Assembly (NCBI GenBank): GCA_964248365.1
Contig: CAXTYC010000055.1
Location: 1 to 21,789, forward strand
Length of the DNA stretch: 21,789 nt
Reading direction: 5' to 3'
From: an uncultured Chroococcidiopsis sp.
GTDB taxonomy: Bacteria; Cyanobacteriota; Cyanobacteriia; Cyanobacteriales; Chroococcidiopsidaceae
Within the stretch, counting starts at the first letter, position 1, and every line of letters begins with the position of its first letter. Shown here piece by piece: positions 7,527-18,644 of the stretch. The notes beneath the pieces are model-generated. The model made no database searches and was not told the origin of the DNA. It saw only the letters and a program-made list of their open reading frames with translations. A program made the translations under genes and the position numbers.

Positions 7527-8588
7527 ATGACTTCATTGACAACAAAGCTCCAGAACACAGCCTATGGCTCCTCTAATTCAACCGTTCGCCTCAAAGATAT
7601 TGTCAAAACCCTGCCAAAAGAATGTTTTGTGCAGGATCGTCGTCGGGCTTGGTCGCTAGTATTTACCAATGTCTTGATGGTTATCTTAGGGTATGTTGGT
7701 TTAGCGATCGCTCCTTGGTATACATTGCCTTTGTTATGGATTTTCACCGGTACAGCGTTGACCGGTTTTTTTGTGATTGCACATGATTGCGGTCACAGAT
7801 CATTTGCCAAACGTCGCTGGGTAAATGATCTGGTGGGGCATTTATTTATGCTGCCGTTGATTTATCCTTTCCACAGTTGGCGAATTCTGCACAACTACCA
7901 CCATACTCACACTAATAAGCTCGATGAGGATAACGCTTGGCAACCTTTCCAACCAGAGTTTTATGACAGTTTGATTGGAATAGGACAGTGGGGTTATCGG
8001 CGATTGCGGGGTAAATTTTGGTGGGTAGCATCAATTGTGCATTGGGTAGCTATGCACTTTAACTGGTCTAATTTCCAGGCTAAAGAACGAGAGCAAGTGA
8101 AGCTATCTGTAAGTGTAGTTGTTATTTTTGCGATCGTAGCCTTTCCTATTCTATTTACTACGATTGGAGTCTGGGGATTTGTTAAATTTTGGCTGATGCC
8201 TTGGTTGGTATATCATTTTTGGATGAGTACATTTACCCTAGTTCACCATACAGCAATCGACGTTCCTTTTCATAAGCCTAATGAGTGGAATGCAGCTACT
8301 GCTCAACTATCTGGTACAGTTCACTGCAATTATCCCCGTTGGGTCGAGTTCCTGTGCCACGATATTAGCGTTCATGTTCCTCATCATATTTCTACTGCTA
8401 TTCCTTCCTACAATTTGCGGTTGGCTTATCGCAGCCTCCAACAAAATTGGGGTGACTTTTTGCATCCAGAATCTCGATTTTCGTGGTCTTTAATGAGCCA
8501 GATTACCAACCAGTGTCATCTGTACGAGCCAGAAAATTGCTATCAGTCTTTTCGGGAATACAATCAGGCTGAAAAATTGGACGTGTAA
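7527..8588 (+). CDS. desA: Delta-12 acyl-lipid fatty acid desaturase
   Basis: His boxes HDCGH, HNYHH and [26 protein letters not shown] and TVHC.YPRWVE.LCHDI are DesA-like. The track start is GTG 7521; ATG 7527 is preferred. Confidence 0.92.
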   Translation: MTSLTTKLQNTAYGSSNSTVRLKDIVKTLPKECFVQDRRRAWSLVFTNVLMVILGYVGLAIAPWYTLPLLWIFTGTALTGFFVIAHDCGHRSFAKRRWVNDLVGHLFMLPLIYPFHSWRILHNYHHTHTNKLDEDNAWQPFQPEFYDSLIGIGQWGYRRLRGKFWWVASIVHWVAMHFNWSNFQAKEREQVKLSVSVVVIFAIVAFPILFTTIGVWGFVKFWLMPWLVYHFWMSTFTLVHHTAIDVPFHKPNEWNAATAQLSGTVHCNYPRWVEFLCHDISVHVPHHISTAIPSYNLRLAYRSLQQNWGDFLHPESRFSWSLMSQITNQCHLYEPENCYQSFREYNQAEKLDV

Positions 8589-8668
8589 GTAGTTAAGCTA
8601 GGTGAAACATAACAAAACACTGCTTATATAGCAATCCCATTTGATGTGTGAAATCTTCCATTTTGGCT

Positions 8669-8803
8669 GTCATTGGACATTGCTCATTAGTCAGTAGACT
8701 TCTTGCCTTGTAGGGACAGAGGAAGCTGAGGGATCTGAGGGATCTGGGGGAGCTGAGGAAATTACCTTTAACCTTTTCCCTTTTCCCTTTTCCCTTTACC
8801 CTT
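8669..8803. repeat. Composite short tandem repeats (7-mer, 9-mer, 7-mer)
   Basis: GTCATTG-like x4; GAGGGATCT/GGAAGCTGA-type 9-mers x4-5; TTTTCCC-like x4-5. Confidence 0.75.
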
Positions 8804-8877
8804 TGTATTGATTTGTTGCTACTACCCAAACATTTGTTATCCTGGCTACGGATTAATTAAATGTAGGGTAGTTTTTT

Positions 8878-9585
8878 ATGACAATTTTTATTGCTCAGAT
8901 GAGTAGGCTATTACTGGTGATGATAGCAACTGTGTTAACCAACAGCGTGCTAATCCAGAAAATTCATGCACAAGCAGTTGATTACACATCCACATTACAG
9001 ACCAAAAATGATTCTACTACAGCTAAAAAGAATCATAAAATTATCAAGATGAGGCTAAAAACCCCAGGGATTAATAATGAGTGGCTTCGGATTGAGGTGA
9101 ATGGAAATATCGTTAAACCTATACATACGATACGTACTAACAAGGGTTTTTCAGGGATTGTTAATGGCGCTTTGAGTGCGGTTTCTCCAGTTCCTTTGCC
9201 TAATCTTCGCTTTGACAAGTGGCTAGATGCTCCGACTACTCGCGTTGTATTCCAGCCCGATAGTTGTTCGATGTCGCAACCGCCACAACCGTCACCTATT
9301 TCACCTGTTCAACAAAATCAGGTATCGCCGCCACCTCAGCCGCCACAACCGCCGCAACCGTCGCCTATTTCACCTGTGCAAGTAAGTCAAAGTTCGCAAC
9401 CGCCGCCTATTTCAACTGCACAGGTAAGTCAAATGAATTGTTTAGCCACTTGCGCGATCGCCGGAACCGATAGTGTACTATTGCCAGAAGGAACAGATAT
9501 TTACAAGGGACGTTTCACAATTGAATACACAGAGGGTGATCTATTGAGGTCAATTACTTTTAGAATTCGTGATGAAGGTTCTTAA
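8878..9585 (+). CDS. Hypothetical secreted protein with Pro/Gln/Ser-rich internal repeats
   Basis: 235-aa ORF with a signal-like N-terminus ending IHA-Q and three (Q)P.PIS..Q repeats between Cys residues. ATG 8899 is an alternative start. Confidence 0.75.
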   Translation: MTIFIAQMSRLLLVMIATVLTNSVLIQKIHAQAVDYTSTLQTKNDSTTAKKNHKIIKMRLKTPGINNEWLRIEVNGNIVKPIHTIRTNKGFSGIVNGALSAVSPVPLPNLRFDKWLDAPTTRVVFQPDSCSMSQPPQPSPISPVQQNQVSPPPQPPQPPQPSPISPVQVSQSSQPPPISTAQVSQMNCLATCAIAGTDSVLLPEGTDIYKGRFTIEYTEGDLLRSITFRIRDEGS

Positions 9586-9717
9586 TTTATTGACATTGGC
9601 TCAAGTGGCATATTTTATCTAATATTCTAGTTCTTTCTTAATGATTTATCTCGTGGGATCGCACTATCGGGAAGATGGGGGGCGATCGCATTCATCTAAA
9701 CATAAATTAGTGTCTAA

Positions 9718-9738
9718 GTAGGGTGGGCATTGCCCACC
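9718..9738 (+). repeat. GTAG-type REP palindrome
   Basis: GTAG-GGTGGGCA-T-TGCCCACC. The same core recurs at 20405-20458. Confidence 0.75.
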
Positions 9739-9836
9739 GCATAAAGAAATGGTGGGCTACTTTTACCCAGATGTTATAACTTCGATTAAAGTGGACAATT
9801 TAAAGGTAGTAGTTTTGGTTTAACCACACCATAAGT

Positions 9837-10151
9837 ATGCTTTGGTTATTTATTATTGGAACAAGCATTTGGGTTTTAGTTGATGCTTAGCAAATAGGTA
9901 TCAAAAGTCGACAATTAGGCGGTGGATTCTTAGACATGACACCTGGGGGATGGTTTTTCCTCTGTCTACTATTATGGATTGTTGGCTTTCCCCTATACCT
10001 AGCTAAAAGACCAGAGTATGTTAGAATTAACCAAGGAATAGCAAGTCTAAACAACTCAAGATTAAAAAAGTGCTATTTCTGTGGGGAAGAGATAAAAGCT
10101 GAAGCCAGAGTCTGTAGATATTGTGGTAGAGAACAAACCCATAAAGCATAA
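9837..10151 (+). pseudogene. Small membrane protein with C-terminal zinc ribbon, in-frame TAG at 9888-9890
   Basis: ATG 9837 MLWLFIIGTSIWVLVDA*QIGIKSRQLGGGFLD is in frame with track ORF 9936-10151 (TM segment plus KKCYFCGEEIKAEARVCRYCG). Confidence 0.65.
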
Positions 10152-10256
10152 GTAAAAATAAGGTTATCTTCAAATAATTTAGCTACCTTACTAAACAATA
10201 GTAGTCCTAGTTTTCTCTATTGTTTGCAAGTATTATTTGTCACTCGTCTAATGAGA

Positions 10257-10832
10257 TTACCAAATTAATTCCAGATTGAGTACAAATCCAGGTAGTACAT
10301 CTTCTCCTGATAAACTAACAGGAGATTCCAGCACTTCAACTTCTTGATTTTGACGATAAATTTCTACTTGCCGAGATTTACGGTTAATTAGCCAACCTAA
10401 ACGAGCGCCATTATCTCGGTATTCTTTCATCTTTTCCTGAGCTACTCTCAAACTATCACTAGGCGAAAGTAATTCAACCACAAAATCAGGACAAAGGGGT
10501 AGAAATATTGTTTGTTGTTGTTGAGTTAGTGCATTCCAGCGTTCCAATTTTACCCAAGCACCATCAGGAGAACGATCCGCCCCATTGGGTAATTTAAAAC
10601 CAGTTGAAGAATCAAAGGCTATTCCAGTGCCATCAGCATCACTCCAGTTGAATAATTGCTGAGTTAGCCTACCATTGCGGTTTCCTGTTTCTCCCCCTGT
10701 AGGTGGCATGATAATTAATTCTCCGGTTGCGGTGCGTTCAAACCTGAGATTTTCATTTACCTGACATAGCTGGAAAAACTGCTCATCTGTCAATTGAATA
10801 ACAGGATTAAGGTTAAGCGTAAGGGCAGTCAT
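10257..10832 (-). CDS. Uma2-family (DUF820) endonuclease-fold protein
   Basis: LRFERTATGELIIMPPTGGETG, FDSSTGFKLPNGADRSPD, CPDFVVELLSPSD, KMKEY..NGARLGWLI. Confidence 0.95.
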   Translation of the reverse strand: MTALTLNLNPVIQLTDEQFFQLCQVNENLRFERTATGELIIMPPTGGETGNRNGRLTQQLFNWSDADGTGIAFDSSTGFKLPNGADRSPDGAWVKLERWNALTQQQQTIFLPLCPDFVVELLSPSDSLRVAQEKMKEYRDNGARLGWLINRKSRQVEIYRQNQEVEVLESPVSLSGEDVLPGFVLNLELIW

Positions 10833-10854
10833 AAGAAGATTTGAAATTAGAGAA

Positions 10855-10880
10855 TAGGGCAGGCAAGATGCCTACCCTAC
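10855..10880 (-). repeat. GTAG-type REP palindrome just downstream of chlH
   Basis: The minus strand reads GTAGGGTAGGCATCTTGCCTGCCCTA, a hairpin. Confidence 0.7.
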
Positions 10881-10885
10881 TAGGA

Positions 10886-13800
10886 TTATTCTATTCCTTC
10901 AATTCGATCCTCGACTTCTTGATACAACTCGCGTAGCAAGTCTAAATTGCTTTCGCTAGTCTCCCAATAACCACGCCCATTCACTTCTAACAAAGTTGCT
11001 ACCATCTTGCGGAAGGAATGAGGATTGAGATTCATCAACCGCTGACGCATTGCTTCATCTTGAATAAACGTGGCGTTGGTATCCTCGTAAATCCAGTTAT
11101 CCACTGCACCAGCTGTTGCACTCCAACCCATTGTGTTTACTAACCGCTTGGAGAGTTCCCGCACACCTTCATAACCGTGATTCAACATCCCCTCATACCA
11201 CTTGGGATTCAATAATTTGGTACGGGCATCGAGACGCACGGTTTCTGATAAAGTGCGGACTTGAGCGTTAGCTGTAGTAGTGTCTGCGATGTAGGATGCT
11301 GGTGTCTTTCCATCACCTCGTAAACTACTGACAACCTTTGTCGGATCAGAGTCGAAATAATGGGAAACATCCGTTAAGCTAATTTCGGAAGAATCCAAAT
11401 TTTGAAACGTCACCTCAGCAGTTTTGAGTGTGGTTTCAAAAATCTTTCGGGATTGTTCCATTGTGCCTGGATTATCGGAACTAAAGGCAAAAGATTTTCT
11501 AGCGAGGTACATTTCCTGCAACTCTGTTTCACTTTCCCAAGTACTGTTTTCTACTGCTAAGTTGATATTTGACGAGTAGGAACCGGAAGCATTGGAGAAG
11601 ACGCGAGTTGCTGCTTGACGCAAGTTGATGCCCATTTCCTGTGCTTGTTGCAAAGCGTGTTTGCGGACGTAGTTCATTGATGGGGGTTCATCCGCTTCCG
11701 CTGCCATTTTCACCGCTTGATCTAGCAGGTTCATTTGGTTGATGAACAAGTCGCGGAATACACCTGAACAGTTGATCACTACATCAATTCTCGGTCTTCC
11801 CAATTCTGCTAGAGGTATCAATTCTAGCTTGTTGACTCGTCCTAAAGCATCGGGAACCGGACGCACTCCCACCATCCACATAATTTGTGCCAGGGATTCA
11901 CCGTAAGTTTTAATGTTATCGGTTCCCCAGAGGACGCAGGCGATGGTTTCAGGATAGTTTCCGTTGTTTTCTGCCCTATTGCGTGCCAAAAGTCGGTCTA
12001 CGACGATTTTGGCTGATTGCACAGCGGCTGTTGTGGGAATAGATTGGGGATCGAGGGCGTGAATATTTTTGCCTGTAGGTAGCACATCTGGGTTGCGGAT
12101 GGGATCTCCGCCTGGACCTGGTAGAATGTATTCGCCTTCTAATCCTTTAAGTAATGCGCCTAGTTCGTTATCCGCACAAACTTGCTGCAAGCAGAATTCT
12201 AGATATTCAAACAGCGGTTTGATTGCTTCTGGATCGATTTTAGGATAACCTGCTTGATGCAATGCTTCAACCCAGGGCTGCTTTTTGCCCATGTTGAAGA
12301 AATTCAGCTTGGATACGAGAGAAACTCGCCCTTCTGCGTCTGTTTGCTCTTTCACAAGGGCGCTTACTGCGGTACGGGTAGCTAGGGTAATTTCTTGCAA
12401 CAATTGGACATCTTCTAAAACGCCTTTGTCGCTGTTTTGGTAAATTTCGTCAATATTACGCCCGATGCTGTTGGCAATAATGCGAGGGAGGCTTTGGATT
12501 TCTTCTTCTGAACGATCTAAACTGGCAATGTTGACCAAAGTTGCGATCGCCTCTTCTGCTGATGGTGGTTTACCAATAACGTGCAACCCACAAGGTAACA
12601 GCCGAGATTCAATTTCCATCAACTTGCGGTACACCATGCCGACAATATTATCCCGCTCTAGGGCAGTCATATCTTTGGCATCTTGCTCTGGTAAGTTGAT
12701 ATCCTTATCCAAATTCACCATCCGGCATTTATCCATGATGGTGTTGACGATGGGGATACCGCGTCCACTGTCTTTGAGTGTTTGATAAGAAGCAATCAAC
12801 TCGCTTAGTTCCTTCAAACCCTTGTACAAACCAGCATTTTCCGCCGGAGGAGTTAGGTAAGAAATTGTTTCGGCATAGCTGCGCCGCTTGGCGATCGTTG
12901 CTTCACTGGGGTTATTTGCCGCGTAGTAATACAGATTGGGAATATTGCCAATCAGATTATCTGGGTAACAGTCGCCAGACATCCCCATTTGCTTACCTGG
13001 CATAAATTCCAATGATCCGTGAGTTCCAAAGTGCAACACGGCATCGGCTTTCCAGATTTGTTCTAGATAAGTGTAATAAGCGGCAAAACCATGATGGGGA
13101 CTTGCCGAACGCGAGAACAGTAACCGCATCGGATCGCCTTCATACCCAAATGTAGGCTGCACACCAATGAAGACATTACCGAATTGCTTACCATATATCA
13201 GCAGATTTTGTCCATCGCTGTTGAGATGTCCAGGCGGCGCTCCCCAATTTTCCTCTAGTCTGTGCGAGTATGGTGTGAGTTCTTCATACTCTGGTACTGA
13301 CATCCGGTAGGCGATGTTGAGTTCAGGGCTGCTGTATTGTGCTTGTGCGTCGTGGATGACTTCTTGCATCAAGGCAGAGGCTGATTCTGGTAAGTCTGGT
13401 AAGTCATACCCATTATTTTTCAGGGCGATCATCACTTGGTAGATCGAACCAAACACATCTAGGTAAGCAGCAGTTCCCACATTTCCCTTATCCGGTGGGA
13501 AGCTGAAAACAGTAATTGCAACTTTCTTTTGTAACTTCGGCTTGCGACGTAGGTTAGCCCATTTGAGGGCGCGTTGGGCGATCGCTTCAATTCGATCTTG
13601 TAGGGCGATCGCTTTTCCTGTCGCCCCATCCCTACCTGATACAATGATTGGTTCGATCGCTCCATCCAATTCGGGAATCGCTATTTGCAAAGCCACTTGA
13701 ATTGGATGTAACCCAAGATCACTATCCTGCCATTCTTCCGTTGTCTGGAACACCAGCGGTAGTGCAACCATATAGGGGCGGTTTAACCGCTTGAGTGCAT

Positions 13801-14866
13801 CAATTGCCTTCGGATGATCTTGTCGCGCAGGTCCACCAACTAGGGCAAATCCAGTCAGGGAAATAACCGTATCTACAATTGAGTTTTTGCTTACCGGATC
13901 GTAGAAATAGGCATCCACAGGTTTAGAGAAATCCAACCCACCTGCAAACACGGAAATTACCCGTGCGCCCATTGCTTCGAGTTCTTGTACCATTGCCACA
14001 TAATGGGCATCATCACCTGTAACTAGGTGTGTACGTTGCAGTACCAGTCCCACACACGGCGCTAAGGGATCTTTCAAATCATTGGGAATATCCTGACGGC
14101 TGTTGTACCAGTTGAGGTATTCTTTCACATCCTCAAACATGGTGGGAGCCAAGGGATGCCAAATTCCCATGTCGGGATAAACAACGGGTTCCTGGTATTT
14201 TAGAGACGCAAAATTTTGCGTCTGTTTAAACACGTATTTATCCGCTAGCATCAGCAAGAAGTTTTCCAGGTTTTCTGAAGAACCTCCTAGCCAATACTGG
14301 AAGCTGAGCATGAAATTCCGCGCATCTTGTGCTTTGTCCATTGGTAGGTACTTCAGCACTTTGGGTAGCGTTTGCAACAGCTTGAGCATTCCATCTTGGA
14401 ACCCAGCCCCAGATTTCTCCTTGCGTTTTCGCATGAATTGTGCTATGACACTTTTAGATTGCCCTAATTGTGCCATTGAGAAGCTGCCCATTTTGTTTAG
14501 GCGCATCACTTGGGGCATGGAGGGGAATACAACGGCTACATCTAGGCGATCGCGGTGCGGTTCTACAGCTGCTACTACCTTATCTGCTAAATCTTCAATG
14601 AAAATCAGTGAGGCGATGAAGATATTGGCATTTTGGATGTCGCGTTTGAACTCTTGGTAGTTCTCCTGATCGCGGAGTTCTTCAATTAGGTAGCCGCTGA
14701 TTTCAATTGCCAACGTGGGGTTATTGGCGTTAATCTGGCGAACTGCTTGTGATAGCGCACTTTGGTACTGGGACTCAAGCACGACATAGACCACCTTGAG
14801 TAAAGACCGCCCCCCCAGATTATCAGGCTTAATATGTCGAATGGTGGACTTGACGTGTGTGAACAT
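10886..14866 (-). CDS. chlH: Magnesium chelatase subunit H
   Basis: 1326 aa. [12 protein letters not shown] start, [65 protein letters not shown] end. Confidence 0.98.
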   Translation of the reverse strand: MFTHVKSTIRHIKPDNLGGRSLLKVVYVVLESQYQSALSQAVRQINANNPTLAIEISGYLIEELRDQENYQEFKRDIQNANIFIASLIFIEDLADKVVAAVEPHRDRLDVAVVFPSMPQVMRLNKMGSFSMAQLGQSKSVIAQFMRKRKEKSGAGFQDGMLKLLQTLPKVLKYLPMDKAQDARNFMLSFQYWLGGSSENLENFLLMLADKYVFKQTQNFASLKYQEPVVYPDMGIWHPLAPTMFEDVKEYLNWYNSRQDIPNDLKDPLAPCVGLVLQRTHLVTGDDAHYVAMVQELEAMGARVISVFAGGLDFSKPVDAYFYDPVSKNSIVDTVISLTGFALVGGPARQDHPKAIDALKRLNRPYMVALPLVFQTTEEWQDSDLGLHPIQVALQIAIPELDGAIEPIIVSGRDGATGKAIALQDRIEAIAQRALKWANLRRKPKLQKKVAITVFSFPPDKGNVGTAAYLDVFGSIYQVMIALKNNGYDLPDLPESASALMQEVIHDAQAQYSSPELNIAYRMSVPEYEELTPYSHRLEENWGAPPGHLNSDGQNLLIYGKQFGNVFIGVQPTFGYEGDPMRLLFSRSASPHHGFAAYYTYLEQIWKADAVLHFGTHGSLEFMPGKQMGMSGDCYPDNLIGNIPNLYYYAANNPSEATIAKRRSYAETISYLTPPAENAGLYKGLKELSELIASYQTLKDSGRGIPIVNTIMDKCRMVNLDKDINLPEQDAKDMTALERDNIVGMVYRKLMEIESRLLPCGLHVIGKPPSAEEAIATLVNIASLDRSEEEIQSLPRIIANSIGRNIDEIYQNSDKGVLEDVQLLQEITLATRTAVSALVKEQTDAEGRVSLVSKLNFFNMGKKQPWVEALHQAGYPKIDPEAIKPLFEYLEFCLQQVCADNELGALLKGLEGEYILPGPGGDPIRNPDVLPTGKNIHALDPQSIPTTAAVQSAKIVVDRLLARNRAENNGNYPETIACVLWGTDNIKTYGESLAQIMWMVGVRPVPDALGRVNKLELIPLAELGRPRIDVVINCSGVFRDLFINQMNLLDQAVKMAAEADEPPSMNYVRKHALQQAQEMGINLRQAATRVFSNASGSYSSNINLAVENSTWESETELQEMYLARKSFAFSSDNPGTMEQSRKIFETTLKTAEVTFQNLDSSEISLTDVSHYFDSDPTKVVSSLRGDGKTPASYIADTTTANAQVRTLSETVRLDARTKLLNPKWYEGMLNHGYEGVRELSKRLVNTMGWSATAGAVDNWIYEDTNATFIQDEAMRQRLMNLNPHSFRKMVATLLEVNGRGYWETSESNLDLLRELYQEVEDRIEGIE
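14204..14223. repeat. Perfect 20-bp palindrome (REP/SDR-type) inside chlH
   Basis: AGACGCAAAATTTTGCGTCT is self-complementary and lies in the segment encoding QTQNFASL. Confidence 0.7.
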
Positions 14867-15230
14867 TCGGTAAAGCTCCTTTGCTGCGTGTTCTCTTCAA
14901 GGGGATCTAATGGCATTCAATCCTAGGAGATGCATATCCCTAGTCCAATCTGCCTACGTGTGCTTTCCTCTGTTCACCATCTTTGAAAGATGTATTGGCT
15001 AAAGCACAAGACAAGTTATGGCATAAGAGTTTTGTATCAGAAAAGAATTACCAAAAGATGGCTTTGGGTTCGTTTTGACACAATTTGATAAAAATACTGT
15101 AATTATTATTTACGTTTATTAATTTTCACTGATGTAAATAATCCGTCAATATTACATTCCTGTATAATTTGCCCAATTCAAGAAATTTGTTTGTAGTCAA
15201 GCTTTAACCCAAACCCTTCAGGGGAATAAT

Positions 15231-16092
15231 ATGAGCTTTGCCATCTTTGATGAAAATTTTTACCTCAACAGTAACCCAGATGTGAGAGCTGCTGTCAATG
15301 CTGGGGCTATCAGTTCTGGATTTGCCCACTTCCAACAATTTGGTTTAGCCGAAGGCAGAGTAAATGTATCGCCTTATTTTGACGAAGGGCTGTATTTACG
15401 CAAATACTCAGATGTAGCAGCTGCTGTTAGAGCAGGAAGTTTGAAATCAGGGTTGCAACATTATATCCTGAGCGGAGAAGCAGAAGCGCGATCGCCTGAT
15501 GCTTTCGATGAGCAAGCTTACTTAGCGGAGAACCCCGATGTAGCCGCTGCTGTTAAGGCAGGAACTTTTAGCTCTGGTCTACAACATTATATCCAGTATG
15601 GTATTTAAAGAAAACCGTGTGGGCTGGTTCGTGGGTTCAAATGGCAATGATGTCGTAACGGGCGTTGGTGAGGGATTTAAATTTATTAGTGGAGTTCCTT
15701 TAGAGTCTTTAGCCAATGGATCTCCTACTGCTGGTGTTGGTCAGGTTGATACTCTTGTTGGTTCACCTGTTGGTTCACCTGGTACAGATCTGTTTGCCCT
15801 TGGTTTGCCTAGTGTACCAGAAGTTAACACTTCCGCTCAAAAATATTATGTGGGTAACGGTAATAGTGACTATGCTACTATCGAAAATTTTCAGCGATCT
15901 AGGGATTTAATCGTACTCTCAGGCACACCACAGGAATACCAATTTCAAACAGTCAATGGCAATCTAAATATCTCTACGGCATCGGGAGACTTGATGGGTA
16001 TTGTGCAAGGAGTTCCTTCCCTGTCAGATATTTCCAGTACAGATACTGGAGTTCCTTTAGGTACTGCTGGAAATTTCTTTTTCCTGGTGTAG
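15231..16092 (+). pseudogene. 'FDE..YL..NPDV' repeat protein with RTX-like C-terminal domain, paralog 1, +1 frameshift at ~15603-15606
   Basis: Track ORFs 15231-15608 and 15598-16092 together are colinear with the intact neighbour (HYIQYG|..KENRV versus HYIKYGQNESNRV). There is one extra base in GGTATTTAAAGAA. Confidence 0.85.
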
Positions 16093-16375
16093 AAATTTCA
16101 AAACTTGTCCTGATTCGAGTTAGGTAAGACAAATCTTAAGCAACTGGTATTTTAGCGGTAAGTCGAGGTTGGCTTACCGTTTGCTTTTTGGTGGGTTTAC
16201 CAGATTCAACAGGTGCGATCGCGTCTTTGAAGGCAAGAAGTGTCTTTTGATAAGTATTTGATTATACCAATAATTCAACGATTTTACAACTAGTAAAATA
16301 TCTAAAAATTTGCATATAGCTTTACAAGGCTTGATGGTGATAATACATCAAGCCGAAACTTTTTTGGAAAATATT

Positions 16376-17242
16376 ATGAGTTTTAATATCTTTGACGAAA
16401 ATACTTACTTGTCCAACAACCCTGATGTAAAAGCTGCCGTTAATGCCAAATCTATCACATCAGGACTTGAGCATTTCCAAAAATATGGTCTAAAAGAAGG
16501 TAGAGTCGCTGTATCGCCTTATTATGATGAAAAACTATATTTGGAGAAGAACCCAGATGTAGCGGCGGCTGTTAAGGCTGGAACCTTCAAATCAGGATTA
16601 GAACACTATATCCAATATGGAGAAGCTGAAGGTCGTTCCCCTGGTGCTTTCGATGAGCAAGCTTACCTAAAACTATACCCAGATGTAGCAGCAGCGGTGA
16701 AAGCAGGAGTCGTTAGCTCTGGTCTAGATCATTACATCAAGTACGGGCAAAATGAGTCAAACCGCGTTGCCGTGTTGAGCGGAACGACGGAAAATGATAC
16801 GCTGACAGCCTTGGCAAAAGCAGGCAAAATAGATTACATCACTGGAGTTGATGTATCAGATTATCAGGCACAGGCAAATGGTAATCTTAAGTTCACCAGT
16901 AAAAATTTCGGCACTGGCGAAGTTGATACTTTGATTGGTGGACCTGGAAATGATGTATTTACAGTTGGTACAGCAGTGCAACCATTTGGTACGTTTGGTA
17001 TTCCTCAAAGCTTTTATGTAGGTAACGGTGATAATGACTATGCTTTAATTAAAAACTTTGAACCAGGTAAGGATGCTATCAGCCTAGCTGGTTACTCATC
17101 AGTTACCTACAGATTTAATGTAGTGGATAACAATCTAAACATCTCTACAGCTACTGGAGACTTGGTTGCAAAAGTAGAAGGAGTTACATCTCTATCACAA
17201 CTTCCAGGTAACAACTCAAATGGAACTTTTCTAATGGGGTAG
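16376..17242 (+). CDS. 'FDE..YL..NPDV' repeat protein with RTX/Ca-binding-like C-terminal domain, paralog 2
   Basis: Three DE..YL...PDV.AAV......SGL.H...YG..E repeats, then DTLIGGPGNDVF...GDNDYALIKNFEPGKDAI.L. Start set at ATG 16376 (MSFNIFDE) by alignment with paralog 1 (MSFAIFDE). Confidence 0.85.
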   Translation: MSFNIFDENTYLSNNPDVKAAVNAKSITSGLEHFQKYGLKEGRVAVSPYYDEKLYLEKNPDVAAAVKAGTFKSGLEHYIQYGEAEGRSPGAFDEQAYLKLYPDVAAAVKAGVVSSGLDHYIKYGQNESNRVAVLSGTTENDTLTALAKAGKIDYITGVDVSDYQAQANGNLKFTSKNFGTGEVDTLIGGPGNDVFTVGTAVQPFGTFGIPQSFYVGNGDNDYALIKNFEPGKDAISLAGYSSVTYRFNVVDNNLNISTATGDLVAKVEGVTSLSQLPGNNSNGTFLMG

Positions 17243-17446
17243 GTTTCCTACATCTAATAAGCTCAGCCGTTTGTCTTTTTCTAAAGTTGTGGTGAACAGA
17301 TATCGCCACGTTAGAACCTGGAATGAAGTGATGGGACTAAGCCTAAAAATCCGTCGGCATTGCAAGAGTTTGGGCATCGCCCTTAACTGCTTCTAACAAC
17401 TGTTATGGTGTAAGCATGAACTGCCTAGAAACCTGAAAGCGCTCTC

Positions 17447-18571
17447 CTAGTAAAGTTCGTACTTAATTAAAGTACAAGCTATAGCACCGTTATAGACCGG
17501 AATGCGACCAGAAGCTCTAAGTCCCACTTTTTTAGCCAATTCTTTGTTACCTGTCAAAATAAAGGCAGTCCAACCTTTAAAGCGTTGTTTGAAGATATCG
17601 CCAAGACTTTTGTAGAGCGCACCTAGTTCTTGTGCTTCTCCTAAACGCTCTCCATAAGGGGGATTACAAATTATCATCCCCCTGGGGGCTGGAGCTTCAA
17701 GAGAGGCTAACTCGGCTTGGGTAAACTGAATATAATTTTCAATGCCACATCTAACGGTATTGCTGCGCGCCCCACTAAGTACGTTGGCATCACGATCGCT
17801 GCCCCAAATTGGTGCCTTGAGTTCGTGTAATTGGCTGTTTTTGGCTTCGGTTACTAGCTGTTGCCATAGCTGTTGGTCAAAATCGGGAAAGTTTTCAAAG
17901 CCAAATTTTTGACGAAACAAACCAGGAGCAATATTTAAGGCTTTTAAACCAGCTTCTAAAGGCAGGGTTCCAGAGCCACATAAAGGATCTAAAAAGGGAA
18001 GGCTTGAATCCCATTGTGCCATGTCAAGCAAAGCGGCGGCTAAAGTCTCTTTGAGTGGGGCAGATCCCATAGCTTGCCGATAGCCGCGTCGATGGAGACT
18101 TGCCCCTGAACTGTCTAGGCTTAAAATGCAACGATCTTGCTGAATGTGGACATTGACCAGAACATCTGGATTTTTGGCATCAATGCTAGACCTTTGACCG
18201 AATTTGCGGCGCTGTTGGTCTACAATAGCATTTTTTACCTGTAGCGCGGTGAAGTGAGTATGGTTAAGTTTTTGATTGCTCCCTGTGCAATTCACTGCTA
18301 AAGTGTTGTGACTTTGCAAGTATTTATCCCAGGGGATTTTTTGCACCTCTCGGTACAGTATATCTGAGGATGGGCAGTAAAATTCCCGTAGCGGTACTAA
18401 CACTCGAAAAATCGTCCTAGCCCAGAGATTCACTCGGTATAGCGTTGCTTTATCCCCGACAAAATGTACACCAGTGAAGTCAGGGCGCACTTCTAGTCCT
18501 CCTAAACGTTCTATTTCCCCAGCGGCAATAGATTCTAAACTACGGGCAACCGTAGCAAAGTAGCGGTTCAT
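17447..18571 (-). CDS. THUMP-domain class I SAM-dependent RNA methyltransferase (RlmL-like, 23S rRNA m2G2445 type)
   Basis: YFATVARSLE, SLDSSG.SLHRRGYR, APLKETLAAA, DPLCGSGT, CNPPYGERL. Start at ATG 18571 (MNRYF); the track start is TTG 18586. Confidence 0.9.
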   Translation of the reverse strand: MNRYFATVARSLESIAAGEIERLGGLEVRPDFTGVHFVGDKATLYRVNLWARTIFRVLVPLREFYCPSSDILYREVQKIPWDKYLQSHNTLAVNCTGSNQKLNHTHFTALQVKNAIVDQQRRKFGQRSSIDAKNPDVLVNVHIQQDRCILSLDSSGASLHRRGYRQAMGSAPLKETLAAALLDMAQWDSSLPFLDPLCGSGTLPLEAGLKALNIAPGLFRQKFGFENFPDFDQQLWQQLVTEAKNSQLHELKAPIWGSDRDANVLSGARSNTVRCGIENYIQFTQAELASLEAPAPRGMIICNPPYGERLGEAQELGALYKSLGDIFKQRFKGWTAFILTGNKELAKKVGLRASGRIPVYNGAIACTLIKYELY

Positions 18572-18644
18572 AAAATGCCATTTCAACTTTATTCAATATA
18601 TTTTTTAGGCAAGATAGGCTTCTTAATTACCTTCACTTTGACTA

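Noticed and set aside
8593..8829. 78-aa minus-strand ORF
   Set aside because: Translation of tandem repeats (KGKGKREKVKG, SPRSLRSL); not a credible gene.
12465..14916. Short ORFs antisense to or overlapping chlH, and similar ones within the ABC, desA, COG4705 and LpxB-like genes
   Set aside because: Shadow frames of well-supported genes.
15060..15170. Possible RpaB/HLR1 or NtcA sites in the chlH divergent promoter region
   Set aside because: AT-rich sequence with only partial TTACA/TGTAA matches; no clean consensus pair identified.
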